The position numbers were made by a program, and so were the translations under genes. A stretch of DNA of 64,000 nucleotides from Eledone cirrhosa (taxonomy: Eukaryota), in NCBI GenBank assembly GCA_964016885.1, contig OZ024744.1:111166001-111230000 (forward strand). The letters are read 5' to 3'. The notes beneath the pieces are model-generated. The model was not told the origin of the DNA. It worked only from the letters and a program-made list of their open reading frames with translations, and did no database searches. Below, piece after piece: positions 31,601-48,200 of this stretch. Within the stretch, counting starts at the first letter, position 1. Each line of letters starts with the position of its first letter.

Positions 31601-34600
31601 ACTTACCTTGCCCTGAACACAGTAACACTAGCCAATCCACTATAACTTACCTTGCCCTGAACACAGTAAAACTACACAATCTACTATAAATTACCTTGCC
31701 CTGAATACACTAAAATTACACAATCCACTATAACTTACCTTACCCTGAACACAGTAAAACTACATAATCCACTATAACTTACCTTGCTCTGAACACAGTA
31801 AAACTGCACAATCCATTATAACTTAACTTGCTTTGAACACAGTAAAACTACACAATCTACTATAATTTAGCTTGCCCTGAATACACTTAAATTACACAAT
31901 CCACTATAACTTACCTTGCCCTGAACACAGTAAAACTACACAATCCACTATAACTTACCTTGCCCTGAACACAGTAAAACTACACAATCCACCAAAACTT
32001 ACCTTGCTCTGAACACAGTAAAACTACACAATCCACTATAACTTACCTTGCCCTGAACACAGTAAAACTACACAATCCACTATAACTTAACTGGCCCTGA
32101 ACACAGTAAAACTACACAATCCACTATAACTTAACTGGCCCTGAACACAGTAAAACTACACAATCCACTATAACTTAACTGGCCCTGAACACACTAAACT
32201 ACAGAATCCACTATAACTTACCTTGCTCTGAACACAGTAAAAATACAGAATCCACTATAACTTACCTTGCCCTGAACACAGTAAAACTACACAATCCACT
32301 ATAACTTACCTTACCCTGAACACAGTAAAACTACACAATCCACTATAACTTACCTTGCCTGAACACAGTAAAACTACACTATCCACTATAACTTACCTTG
32401 CCTGAACGCAGTAAAACTACAGAATCCACTATAACTTAACTGGCCCTGAACACAGTAAAACTACACAATCCACTATAACTTACCTTACCCTGAACACAGT
32501 AAAACTACACAATCCTCTATAACTTACCTTGCTGTGAACACAGTAAAACTACACAATCCACTATGCCTTACCTTGCCCTGAACACAGTAAAACTACACAA
32601 TCCACTATAACTTACCTTGCCTGAACACAGTAAAACTACACTATCCACTATAACTTACCTTGCCTCAACACAGTAAAACTACAGAATCCACTATAACTTA
32701 ACTGGCCCTGAACACAGTAAAACTACAGAATCCACTATAACTTACCTTGCCCTGAACACAGTAAAACGACACAATCCACTATAACTTAACTGGCCCTGAA
32801 CACAGTAAAACTACACAATCCACTATAACTTAACTGGCCCTGAACACAGTAAAACTACACAATCCACTATAACTTAACTGGCCCTGAACACACTAAACTA
32901 CAGAATCCACTATAACTTACCTTGCTCTGAACACAGTAAAAATACACAATCCACTATAACTTAACTGGCCCTGAACACAGTAAAACTACACAATCCACTA
33001 TAAGTTACCTTGCTCTCAACACAGTAAAACTACACAATCCACTATAATTTACCTTGCCCTGAACACAGTAAACTACACAATCCACTATAACTTACATTGC
33101 CCTGAACACAGTAAAACTACACAAAACACTATAAATTACCTTGTTATGAACACAGTAAAACTACACAATCCACTAAACCTTACCTTGCCCTGAACACAGT
33201 AAACTACACGATCCACTATAACTTACATTGCCCTGAACACAGTAAAACTACACAAACCACTATAAATTACCTTGCCCTGAACACAGTAAAACTACACAAT
33301 CCACTATAAATTACCTTGCTCTGAACACAGTAAAATTACACAATCCACTATAACTTAACTGACCCTGAACACAGTAAACTACAGAATCCAATATAACTTA
33401 CCTTGTCCTGAACACAGTAAAACTACACAATCCACTATAACTTACCTTGCCCTGATCACAGTAAAACTACACAATCCACTATAACTTACCTTGCCCTGAA
33501 CACAGTAAAACTACACAATCCACTATAACTTACCTTGCCCTGAACACAGTAAAACTACACAATCCACTATAACTTACCTTGCCCTGAAAACAGTAAAACT
33601 ACACAATCCACTATAACTTACCTTGCCCTGATCACAGTAAAACTACACAATCCACTATAACTTACCTTGCCCTGAACTCAGTAAAATAACACAATCCACC
33701 AAAACTTACCTTGCTCTGAACACAGTAAAACTACACAATCCACTATAACTTACCTTCCTGTGAACACAATAAAACTACACAATCCACTATAACTTACCTT
33801 GCCCTGAACACAGTAGAACTAGACAATCCACTATAACTTACCTTGCCCTGAACACAGTAACACTAGCCAATCCACTATAACTTACCTTGCCCTGAACACA
33901 GTAAAACTACACAATCTACTATAAATTACCTTGCCCTGAATACACTAAAATTACACAATCCACTATAACTTACCTTACCCTGAACACAGTAAAACTACAT
34001 AATCCACTATAACTTACCTTGCTCTGAACACAGTAAAACTGCACAATCCATTATAACTTAACTTGCTTTGAACACAGTAAAACTACACAATCTACTATAA
34101 TTTAGCTTGCCCTGAATACACTTAAATTACACAATCCACTATAACTTACCTTGCCCTGAACACAGTAAAACTACACAATCCACTATAACTTACCTTGCCC
34201 TGAACACAGTAAAACTACACAATCCACCAAAACTTACCTTGCTCTGAACACAGTAAAACTACACAATCCACTATAACTTACCTTGCCCTGAACACAGTAA
34301 AACTACACAATCCACTATAACTTAACTGGCCCTGAACACAGTAAAACTACACAATCCACTATAACTTAACTGGCCCTGAACACAGTAAAACTACACAATC
34401 CACTATAACTTAACTGGCCCTGAACACACTAAACTACAGAATCCACTATAACTTACCTTGCTCTGAACACAGTAAAAATACACAATCCACTATAACTTAA
34501 CTGGCCCTGAACACAGTAAAACTACACAATCCACTATAAGTTACCTTGCTCTGAACACAGTAAAACTACACAATCCACTATAATTTACCTTGCCCTGAAC

Positions 34601-37600
34601 ACAGTAAACTACACAATCCACTATAACTTACATTGCCCTGAACACAGTAAAACTACACAAAACACTATAAATTACCTTGTTATGAACACAGTAAAACTAC
34701 ACAATCCACTAAACCTTACCTTGCCCTGAACACGGTAAACTACACGATCCACTATAACTTACATTGCCCTGAACACAGTAAAACTACACAAACCACTATA
34801 AATTACCTTGCCCTGAACACAGTAAAACTACACAATCCACTATAAATTACCTTGCTCTGAACACAGTAAAATTACACAATCCACTATAACTTAACTGACC
34901 CTGAACACAGTAAACTACAGAATCCAATATAACTTACCTTGTCCTGAACACAGTAAAACTACACAATCCACTATAACTTACCTTGCCCTGATCACAGTAA
35001 AACTACACAATCCACTATAACTTACCTTGCCCTGAACACAGTAAAACTACACAATCCACTATAACTTACCTTGCCCTGAACACAGTAAAACTACACAATC
35101 CACTATAACTTACCTTGCCCTGAAAACAGTAAAACTACACAATCCACTATAACTTACCTTGCCCTGATCACAGTAAAACTACACAATCCACTATAACTTA
35201 CCTTGCCCTGAACACAGTAAAATAACACAATCCACCAAAACTTACCTTGCTCTGAACACAGTAAAACTACACAATCCACTATAACTTACCTTCCTGTGAA
35301 CACAATAAAACTACACAATCCACTATAACTTACCTTGCACTGAACACAGTAGAACTAGACAATCCACTATAACTTACCTTGCCCTGAACACAGTAACACT
35401 AGCCAATCCACTATAACTTACCTTGCCCTGAACACAGTAAAACTACACAATCTACTATAAATTACCTTGCCCTGAATACACTAAAATTACACAATCCACT
35501 ATAACTTACCTTACCCTGAACACAGTAAAACTACATAATCCACTATAACTTACCTTGCTCTGAACACAGTAAAACTGCACAATCCATTATAACTTAACTT
35601 GCTTTGAACACAGTAAAACTACACAATCTACTATAATTTAGCTTGCCCTGAATACACTTAAATTACACAATCCACTATAACTTACCTTGCCCTGAACACA
35701 GTAAAACTACACAATCCACTATAACTTACCTTGCCCTGAACACAGTAAAACTACACAATCCACCAAAACTTACCTTGCTCTGAACACAGTAAAACTACAC
35801 AATCCACTATAACTTACCTTGCCCTGAACACAGTAAAACTACACAATCCACTATAACTTACCTTGTCCTGAACACAGTAAAACTACACAATCCACTCTAA
35901 CTTACCTTGTCCTGAACACAGTAAAACTACACAATCCACTCCACCTTGCCTTGTCCTGAACACAGTAAAACTACACAATCCACTATAATTTACCTTGCCC
36001 TGAACACAGTAAAACTACACGATCCACTATAACTTACCTTGTCCTGAATACAGTAAAATTACACAATCCACTATAACTTACCTTACTCTGAACACAGTAA
36101 AACTACATAATCCACTATAACTTACCTTGCCCTGAACACAGTAAAACTACACAATCCACTCTAACTTACCTTGTCCTGAACACAGTAAAATTACACAATC
36201 CACTATAACTTACCTTGCCCTGAACACAGTAGAACTAGACAATCCACTATAACTCACCTTGCCCTGAACACAGTAAAACTACACAATCCACTATAACTTA
36301 CCATGCCCTGAACACAGTAAAACTACACAATCCACTATAACTTACCTTGCCCTGAACACAGTAAAACTACACAATCCACCAAAACTTACCTTGCTCTGAA
36401 CACAGTAAAACTACACAATCCACTATAACTTACCTTGCCCTGAACACAGTAAAACTACACAATCCACTATAACTTACCTTTTCCTGAACACAGTAAAACT
36501 ACACGATCCACTCTAACTTACCTTGTCCTGAACACAGTAAAACTACACAATCCACTCTACCTTGCCTTGTCCTGAACACAGTAAAACTACACAATCCACT
36601 ATAATTTACCTTGCCCTGAACACAGTAAAACTACACAATCCACTATAACTTACCTTGCCCTGATCACAGTAAAACTACACAATCCACTATAACTTACCTT
36701 GCCCTGAACACAGTAAAACTACACAATCCACTATAACTTACCTTGCCCTGAACACAGTAAAACTACACAATCCACTATAACTTACCTTGCCCTGAAAACA
36801 GTAAAACTACACAATCCACTATAACTTACCTTGCCCTGAACACAGTAAAACTACACAATCCACTATAAATTACCTTGCTCTGAACACAGTAAAATTACAC
36901 AATCCACTATAACTTAACTGACCCTGAACACAGTAAACTACAGAATCCAATATAACTTACCTTGTCCTGAACACAGTAAAACTACACAATCCACTATAAC
37001 TTACCTTGCCCTGATCACAGTAAAACTACACAATCCACTATAACTTACCTTGCCCTGAACACAGTAAAACTACACAATCCACTATAACTTACCTTGCCCT
37101 GAACACAGTAAAACTACACAATCCACTATAACTTACCTTGCCCTGAAAACAGTAAAACTACACAATCCACTATAACTTACCTTGCCCTGATCACAGTAAA
37201 ACTACACAATCCACTATAACTTACCTTGCCCTGAACACAGTAAAATAACACAATCCACCAAAACTTACCTTGCTCTGAACACAGTAAAACTACACAATCC
37301 ACTATAACTTACCTTCCTGTGAACACAATAAAACTACACAATCCACTATAACTTACCTTGCACTGAACACAGTAGAACTAGACAATCCACTATAACTTAC
37401 CTTGCCCTGAACACAGTAACACTAGCCAATCCACTATAACTTACCTTGCCCTGAACACAGTAAAACTACACAATCTACTATAAATTACCTTGCCCTGAAT
37501 ACACTAAAATTACACAATCCACTATAACTTACCTTACCCTGAACACAGTAAAACTACATAATCCACTATAACTTACCTTGCTCTGAACACAGTAAAACTG

Positions 37601-40600
37601 CACAATCCATTATAACTTAACTTGCTTTGAACACAGTAAAACTACACAATCTACTATAATTTAGCTTGCCCTGAATACACTTAAATTACACAATCCACTA
37701 TAACTTACCTTGCCCTGAACACAGTAAAACTACACAATCCACTATAACTTACCTTGCCCTGAACACAGTAAAACTACACAATCCACCAAAACTTACCTTG
37801 CTCTGAACACAGTAAAACTACACAATCCACTATAACTTACCTTGCCCTGAACACAGTAAAACTACACAATCCACTATAACTTACCTTGTCCTGAACACAG
37901 TAAAACTACACAATCCACTCTAACTTACCTTGTCCTGAACACAGTAAAACTACACAATCCACTCCACCTTGCCTTGTCCTGAACACAGTAAAACTACACA
38001 ATCCACTATAATTTACCTTGCCCTGAACACAGTAAAACTACACAATCCACTATAACTTACCTTGTCCTGAATACAGTAAAATTACACAATCCACTATAAC
38101 TTACCTTACTCTGAACACAGTAAAACTACATAATCCACTATAACTTACCTTGCCCTGAACACAGTAAAACTACACAATCCACTCTAACTTACCTTGTCCT
38201 GAACACAGTAAAATTACACAATCCACTATAACTTACCTTGCCCTGAACACAGTAGAACTAGACAATCCACTATAACTCACCTTGCCCTGAACACAGTAAA
38301 ACTACACAATCCACTATAACTTACCATGCCCTGAACACAGTAAAACTACACAATCCACTATAACTTACCTTGCCCTGAACACAGTAAAACTACACAATCC
38401 ACCAAAACTTACCTTGCTCTGAACACAGTAAAACTACACAATCCACTATAACTTACCTTGCCCTGAACACAGTAAAACTACACAATCCACTATAACTTAC
38501 CTTTTCCTGAACACAGTAAAACTACACGATCCACTCTAACTTACCTTGTCCTGAACACAGTAAAACTACACAATCCACTCTACCTTGCCTTGTCCTGAAC
38601 ACAGTAAAACTACACAATCCACTATAATTTACCTTGCCCTGAACACAGTAAAACTACACAATCCACTATAACTTACCTTTCTGTGAACACAATAAAACTA
38701 CACAATCCACTCTAACTTACCTTTTCCTGAATACAGTAAAATTACACAATCCACTATAACTTACTTTACTCTGAACACAGTAAAACTACATAATCCACTA
38801 TAACTTACCTTGCCCTGAACACAGTAAAACTACACAATCCACTCTAACTTACCTTGTCCTGAACACATTAAAATTACACAATCCACTATAACTTACCTTG
38901 CCCTGAACACAGTAGAACTACACAATCCACTATAACTCACCTTGCCCTGAACACAGTAAAACTACACAATCCACTATAACTTACCATGCCCTGAACACAG
39001 TAAAACTACACAATCCACCAAAACTTACCTTGCTCTGAACACAGTAAACTACACAATCCACTATAACTTACCTTACCCTGAACACAGTAAAACTACACAA
39101 TCCACTATAACTTACCTTCCTGTGAACACAGTAAAACTACACAATCCACTATAACTTACCTTGTCCTGAACACAGTAAAACTACACAATCCACTCTAACT
39201 TACCTTGTCCTGAATACACTAAAACTACACAATCCACTCTAACTTACCTTGTCCTGAACACAGTAAAACTACACAATCCACTATAATTTACCTTGCCCTG
39301 AACACAGTAAAACTACACAATCCACTATAACTTACGTTGCCCTGAACACAGTAAAACTACACAATCCACTATAACTTACCTTGCCCTGAACACAGTAAAA
39401 CTAGACAATCCACTATAACTTACCTTGCCTGAACACAGTAACACTACACAATCCACTATTACTTAACTGGCCCTGAACACAGTAAAACTACAGAATCCAC
39501 TATAACTTACCTTACTCTGAACACAGTAAAAGTACACAATCCACTATAGCTTACATTGCTCTGAACACAGTAAAACTACACAATCCACTATAGCTTACCT
39601 TGCCCTGAAAACACTAGAACTACACAATCCACTATAGCTTACCTTGCCCTGAAAACACTAGAACTACACAATCCACTATAAATTACCTTGCTCTGAACAA
39701 AGTAAATCTACACAATCCGCTATAACTTACCTTTTCCTGAACACAGTAAAACTACACAATCCGCTATAACTTACCTTGCCCTGAACACAGTAAAACTACA
39801 CGATCCACTATAACTTACTTTGCCATGAACACAGTAAAACTACACAATCCACTATAACTTACCTTGCACTGAACACTGTAAAACTACACAATCCACTATA
39901 AATTACCTTGCTCTGAACACAGTAAAACTACACAATCCACTATAACTTAACTGGCTCTGAACACAGTAAACTAAAGAATCCACTATAACTTACCTTGCCC
40001 AGAACACAGTAAAACTACACAATCCACTATACCTTACCTTGCCCTGAACACAGTAAAACTACACAATCCACTATACCTTACCTTGCCCTGAACACAGTAA
40101 AACTACACAATCCACTATAGCTTACATTGCTCTGAACACACTAAAACTATACAATCCACTATAGCTTACCTTGCCCTGAACACAGTAAAACTACGCAATC
40201 CACTATAACTTACCTTGCACTGAACACAGTAAACTACAGAATCCACTATAACTTACCTTGCTCAGAACACAGTAAAACTACACAATCCACTATAACTTAA
40301 CTGGCTCTGAACACACTAAACTACAGAATCCACTATAACTTACCTTGCCCTGAACACAGTAAAACTACACAATCCACTATAACTTACCTTGCACTGAACT
40401 CAGTAAACTACACAATCCACTATAACTTTCCTTGCCCAGAACAAAGTAAAACTACGTAATCCACTATAACTTACCTTGCCCTGAACACAGTAAAACTACA
40501 CAATCCACTATAGCTTACCTTGATCTGAACACAGTAAAACTACACAATCCACTATAACTTAACTGGCCCTGAACACAGTAAAACTACACGATCCACTATA

Positions 40601-43600
40601 ACTTACCTTGCCCTGAACACAGTAAAACTACACAATCCACTATAGCTTACCTTGATCTGAACACAGTAAAACTACACAATCCACTATAACTTAACTGGCC
40701 CTGAACACAGTAAAACTACACGATCCACTATAACTTACCTTGCCCTGAACACAGTAAAACTACAGAATGCACTATAACTTACCTTGCCCAGAACAAAGTA
40801 AAACTACGTAATCCACTATAACTTACCTTGATCTGAACACAGTAAAACTACACAATCCACTATAACTTACCTTGCCCAGAACAAAGTAAAACTACGTAAT
40901 CCACAATAACTCACCTTGCCCTGAACACAGTAAAACTACAGAATCCACTATAACTTACCTTGCCCTGAACACAGTAAAACTACACAATCCACTATAACTT
41001 ACCTTACCCTGAACACAGTAAAACTACACAATCCACTATAACTTACCTTGCCTGAACACAGTAAAACTACACTATCCACTATAACTTACCTTGCCTGAAC
41101 GCAGTAAAACTACAGAATCCACTATAACTTAACTGGCCCTGAACACAGTAAAACTACACAATCCACTATAACTTACCTTACCCTGAACACAGTAAAACTA
41201 CAGAATCCACTATAACTTACCTTGCCCTGAACACAGTAAAACTACACAATCAACTATAACTTACCTTACCCTGAACACAGTAAAACTACAGAATCCACTA
41301 TAACTTACCTTGCCTGAACACAGTAAAACTACACTATCCGCTATAACTTACCTTGCCTCAACACAGTAAAACTACAGAATCCACTATAACTTAACTGGCC
41401 CTGAACACAGTAAAACTACAGAATCCACTATAACTTACCTTGCCCTGAACACAGTAAAACTACACAATCCACTATAACTTAACTGGCCCTGAACACAGTA
41501 AAACTACACAATCCACTATAACTTAACTGGCCCTGAACACAGTAAAACTACACAATCCACTATAACTTAACTGGCCCTGAACACACTAAACTACAGAATC
41601 CACTATAACTTACCTTGCTCTGAACACAGTAAAAATACACAATCCACTATAACTTAACTGGCCCTGAACACAGTAAAACTCCACAATCCACTATAAGTTA
41701 CCTTGCTCTGAACACAGTAAAACTACACAATCCACTATAATTTACCTTGCCCTGAACACAGTAAACTACACAATCCACTATAACTTACATTGCCCTGAAC
41801 ACAGTAAAACTACACAAAACACTATAAATTACCTTGTTATGAACACAGTAAAACTACACAATCCACTAAACCTTACCTTGCCCTGAACACAGTAAACTAC
41901 ACGATCCACTATAACTTACATTGCCCTGAACACAGTAAAACTACACAAACCACTATAAATTACCTTGCCCTGAACACAGTAAAACTACACAATCCACTAT
42001 AAATTACCTTGCTCTGAACACAGTAAAATTACACAATCCACTATAACTTAACTGACCCTGAACACAGTAAACTACAGAATCCAATATAACTTACCTTGTC
42101 CTGAACACAGTAAAACTACACAATCCACTATAACTTACCTTGCCCTGATCACAGTAAAACTACACAATCCACTATAACTTACCTTGCCCTGAACACAGTA
42201 AAACTACACAATCCACTATAACTTACCTTGCCCTGAACACAGTAAAACTACACAATCCACTATAACTTACCTTGCCCTGAAAACAGTAAAACTACACAAT
42301 CCACTATAACTTACCTTGCCCTGATCACAGTAAAACTACACAATCCACTATAACTTACCTTGCCCTGAACACAGTAAAATAACACAATCCACCAAAACTT
42401 ACCTTGCTCTGAACACAGTAAAACTACACAATCCACTATAACTTACCTTCCTGTGAACACAATAAAACTACACAATCCACTATAACTTACCTTGCCCTGA
42501 ACACAGTAGAACTAGACAATCCACTATAACTTACCTTGCCCTGAACACAGTAACACTAGCCAATCCACTATAACTTACCTTGCCCTGAACACAGTAAAAC
42601 TACACAATCTACTATAAATTACCTTGCCCTGAATACACTAAAATTACACAATCCACTATAACTTACCTTACCCTGAACACAGTAAAACTACATAATCCAC
42701 TATAACTTACCTTGCTCTGAACACAGTAAAACTGCACAATCCATTATAACTTAACTTGCTTTGAACACAGTAAAACTACACAATCTACTATAATTTAGCT
42801 TGCCCTGAATACACTTAAATTACACAATCCACTATAACTTACCTTGCCCTGAACACAGTAAAACTACACAATCCACTATAACTTACCTTGCCCTGAACAC
42901 AGTAAAACTACACAATCCACCAAAACTTACCTTGCTCTGAACACAGTAAAACTACACAATCCACTATAACTTACCTTGCCCTGAACACAGTAAAACTACA
43001 CAATCCACTATAACTTAACTGGCCCTGAACACAGTAAAACTACACAATCCACTATAACTTAACTGGCCCTGAACACAGTAAAACTACACAATCCACTATA
43101 ACTTAACTGGCCCTGAACACACTAAACTACAGAATCCACTATAACTTACCTTGCTCTGAACACAGTAAAAATACAGAATCCACTATAACTTACCTTGCCC
43201 TGAACACAGTAAAACTACACAATCCACTATAACTTACCTTACCCTGAACACAGTAAAACTACACAATCCACTATAACTTACCTTGCCTGAACACAGTAAC
43301 ACTACACTATCCACTATAACTTACCTTGCCTGAACGCAGTAAAACTACAGAATCCACTATAACTTAACTGGCCCTGAACACAGTAAAACTACACAATCCA
43401 CTATAACTTACCTTACCCTGAACACAGTAAAACTACAGAATCCACTATAAATTACCTTGCCCTGAACACAGTAAAACTACACAATCCACTATAACTTACC
43501 TTACCCTGAACACAGTAAAACTACAGAATCCACTATAACTTACCTTGCCTGAACACAGTAAAACTACACTATCCACTATAACTTACCTTGCCTCAACACA

Positions 43601-46600
43601 GTAAAACTACAGAATCCACTATAACTTAACTGGCCCTGAACACAGTAAAACTACAGAATCCACTATAACTTACCTTGCCCTGAACACAGTAAAACTACAC
43701 AATCCACTATAACTTAACTGGCCCTGAACACAGTAAAACTACACAATCCACTATAACTTAACTGGCCCTGAACACAGTAAAACTACACAATCCACTATAA
43801 CTTAACTGGCCCTGAACACACTAAACTACAGAATCCACTATAACTTACCTTGCTCTGAACACAGTAAAAATACACAATCCACTATAACTTAACTGGCCCT
43901 GAACACAGTAAAACTACACAATCCACTATAAGTTACCTTGCTCTGAACACAGTAAAACTACACAATCCACTATAATTTACCTTGCCTGAACACAGTAAAC
44001 TACACAATCCACTATAACTTACATTGCCCTGAACACAGTAAAACTACACAAAACACTATAAATTACCTTGTTATGAACACAGTAAAACTACACAATCCAC
44101 TAAACCTTACCTTGCCCTGAACACAGTAAACTACACGATCCACTATAACTTACATTGCCCTGAACACAGTAAAACTACACAAACCACTATAAATTACCTT
44201 GCCCTGAACACAGTAAAACTACACAATCCACTATAAATTACCTTGCTCTGAACACAGTAAAATTACACAATCCACTATAACTTAACTGACCCTGAACACA
44301 GTAAACTACAGAATCCAATATAACTTACCCTGTCCTGAACACAGTAAAACTACACAATCCACTATAACTTACCTTGCCCTGATCACAGTAAAACTACACA
44401 ATCCACTATAACTTACCTTGCCCTGAACACAGTAAAACTACACAATCCACTATAACTTACCTTGCCCTGAACACAGTAAAACTACACAATCCACTATAAC
44501 TTACCTTGCCCTGAAAACAGTAAAACTACACAATCCACTATAACTTACCTTGCCCTGATCACAGTAAAACTACACAATCCACTATAACTTACCTTGCCCT
44601 GAACACAGTAAAATAACACAATCCACCAAAACTTACCTTGCTCTGAACACAGTAAAACTACACAATCCACTATAACTTACCTTCCTGTGAACACAATAAA
44701 ACTACACAATCCACTATAACTTACCTTGCCCTGAACACAGTAGAACTAGACAATCCACTATAACTTACCTTGCCCTGAACACAGTAACACTAGCCAATCC
44801 ACTATAACTTACCTTGCCCTGAACACAGTAAAACTACACAATCTACTATAAATTACCTTGCCCTGAATACACTAAAATTACACAATCCACTATAACTTAC
44901 CTTACCCTGAACACAGTAAAACTACATAATCCACTATAACTTACCTTGCTCTGAACACAGTAAAACTGCACAATCCATTATAACTTAACTTGCTTTGAAC
45001 ACAGTAAAACTACACAATCTACTATAATTTAGCTTGCCCTGAATACACTTAAATTACACAATCCACTATAACTTACCTTGCCCTGAACACAATAAAACTA
45101 CACAATCCACTATAACTTACCTTGCCCTGAACACAGTAAAACTACACAATCCACCAAAACTTACCTTGCTCTGAACACAGTAAAACTACACAATCCACTA
45201 TAACTTACCTTGCCCTGAACACAGTAAAACTACACGATCCACTATAACTTAACTGGCCCTGAACACAGTAAAACTACACAATCCACTATAACTTAACTGG
45301 CCCTGAACACAGTAAAACTACACAATCCACTATAACTTAACTGGCCCTGAACACACTAAACTACAGAATCCACTATAACTTACCTTGCTCTGAACACAGT
45401 AAAAATACACAATCCACTATAACTTAACTGGCCCTGAACACAGTAAAACTACACAATCCACTATAAGTTACCTTCCTCTGAACACAGTAAAACTACACAA
45501 TCCACTATAATTTACCTTGCCCTGAACACAGTAAACTACACAATCCACTATAACTTACATTGCCCTGAACACAGTAAAACTACACAAAACACTATAAATT
45601 ACCTTGTTATGAACACAGTAAAACTACACAATCCACTAAACCTTACCTTGCCCTGAACACGGTAAACTACACGATCCACTATAACTTACATTGCCCTGAA
45701 CACAGTAAAACTACACAAACCACTATAAATTACCTTGCCCTGAACACAGTAAAACTACACAATCCACTATAAATTACCTTGCTCTGAACACAGTAAAATT
45801 ACACAATCCACTATAACTTAACTGACCCTGAACACAGTAAACTACAGAATCCAATATAACTTACCTTGTCCTGAACACAGTAAAACTACACAATCCACTA
45901 TAACTTACCTTGCCCTGATCACAGTAAAACTACACAATCCACTATAACTTACCTTGCCCTGAACACAGTAAAACTACACAATCCACTATAACTTACCTTG
46001 CCCTGAACACAGTAAAACTACACAATCCACTATAACTTACCTTGCCCTGAAAACAGTAAAACTACACAATCCACTATAACTTACCTTGCCCTGATCACAG
46101 TAAAACTACACAATCCACTATAACTTACCTTGCCCTGAACACAGTAAAATAACACAATCCACCAAAACTTACCTTGCTCTGAACACAGTAAAACTACACA
46201 ATCCACTATAACTTACCTTCCTGTGAACACAATAAAACTACACAATCCACTATAACTTACCTTGCCCTGAACACAGTAGAACTAGACAATCCACTATAAC
46301 TTACCTTGCCCTGAACACAGTAACACTAGCCAATCCACTATAACTTACCTTGCCCTGAACACAGTAAAACTACACAATCTACTATAAATTACCTTGCCCT
46401 GAATACACTAAAATTACACAATCCACTATAACTTACCTTACCCTGAACACAGTAAAACTACATAATCCACTATAACTTACCTTGCTCTGAACACAGTAAA
46501 ACTGCACAATCCATTATAACTTAACTTGCTTTGAACACAGTAAAACTACACAATCTACTATAATTTAGCTTGCCCTGAATACACTTAAATTACACAATCC

Positions 46601-48200
46601 ACTATAACTTACCTTGCCCTGAACACAGTAAAACTACACAATCCACTATAACTTACCTTGCCCTGAACACAGTAAAACTACACAATCCACCAAAACTTAC
46701 CTTGCTCTGAACACAGTAAAACTACACAATCCACTATAACTTACCTTGCCCTGAACACAGTAAAACTACACAATCCACTATAACTTACCTTGTCCTGAAC
46801 ACAGTAAAACTACACAATCCACTCTAACTTACCTTGTCCTGAACACAGTAAAACTACACAATCCACTCCACCTTGCCTTGTCCTGAACACAGTAAAACTA
46901 CACAATCCACTATAATTTACCTTGCCCTGAACACAGTAAAACTACACAATCCACTATAACTTACCTTGTCCTGAATACAGTAAAATTACACAATCCACTA
47001 TAACTTACCTTACTCTGAACACAGTAAAACTACATAATCCACTATAACTTACCTTGCCCTGAACACAGTAAAACTACACAATCCACTCTAACTTACCTTG
47101 TCCTGAACACAGTAAAATTACACAATCCACTATAACTTACCTTGCCCTGAACACAGTAGAACTAGACAATCCACTATAACTCACCTTGCCCTGAACACAG
47201 TAAAACTACACAATCCACTATAACTTACCATGCCCTGAACACAGTAAAACTACACAATCCACTATAACTTACCTTGCCCTGAACACAGTAAAACTACACA
47301 ATCCACCAAAACTTACCTTGCTCTGAACACAGTAAAACTACACAATCCACTATAACTTACCTTGCCCTGAACACAGTAAAACTACACAATCCACTATAAC
47401 TTACCTTTTCCTGAACACAGTAAAACTACACGATCCACTCTAACTTACCTTGTCCTGAACACAGTAAAACTACACAATCCACTCTACCTTGCCTTGTCCT
47501 GAACACAGTAAAACTACACAATCCACTATAATTTACCTTGCCCTGAACACAGTAAAACTAAACAATCCACTATAACTTACCTTTCTGTGAACACAATAAA
47601 ACTACACAATCCACTCTAACTTACCTTTTCCTGAATACAGTAAAATTACACAATCCACTATAACTTACTTTACTCTGAACACAGTAAAACTACATAATCC
47701 ACTATAACTTACCTTGCCCTGAACACAGTAAAACTACACAATCCACTCTAACATACCTTGTCCTGAACACATTAAAATTACACAATCCACTATAACTTAC
47801 CTTGCCCTGAACACAGTAGAACTACACAATCCACTATAACTCACCTTGCCCTGAACACAGTAAAACTACACAATCCACTATAACTTACCATGCCCTGAAC
47901 ACAGTAAAACTACACAATCCACCAAAACTTACCTTGCTCTGAACACAGTAAACTACACAATCCACTATAACTTACCTTACCCTGAACACAGTAAAACTAC
48001 ACAATCCACTATAACTTACCTTCCTGTGAACACAGTAAAACTACACAATCCACTATAACTTACCTTGTCCTGAACACAGTAAAACAACACAATCCACTCT
48101 AACTTACCTTGTCCTGAATACACTAAAACTACACAATCCACTCTAACTTACCTTGTCCTGAACACAGTAAAACTACACAATCCACTATAACTTACCTTGC
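28625..48200. repeat. ~10.8-10.9 kb tandem segmental duplication within the satellite
   Basis: The variant string at 28625 recurs at 39421 (offset 10796). After a 3-monomer gain near 40600 the offset is about 10927 (GACC of ACTGACCCTG at 34897 and 45824). The first copy carries an extra 2023-bp duplication (34897/36920), so CTTTCTGTG at 38677 maps to 47581. Confidence 0.8.
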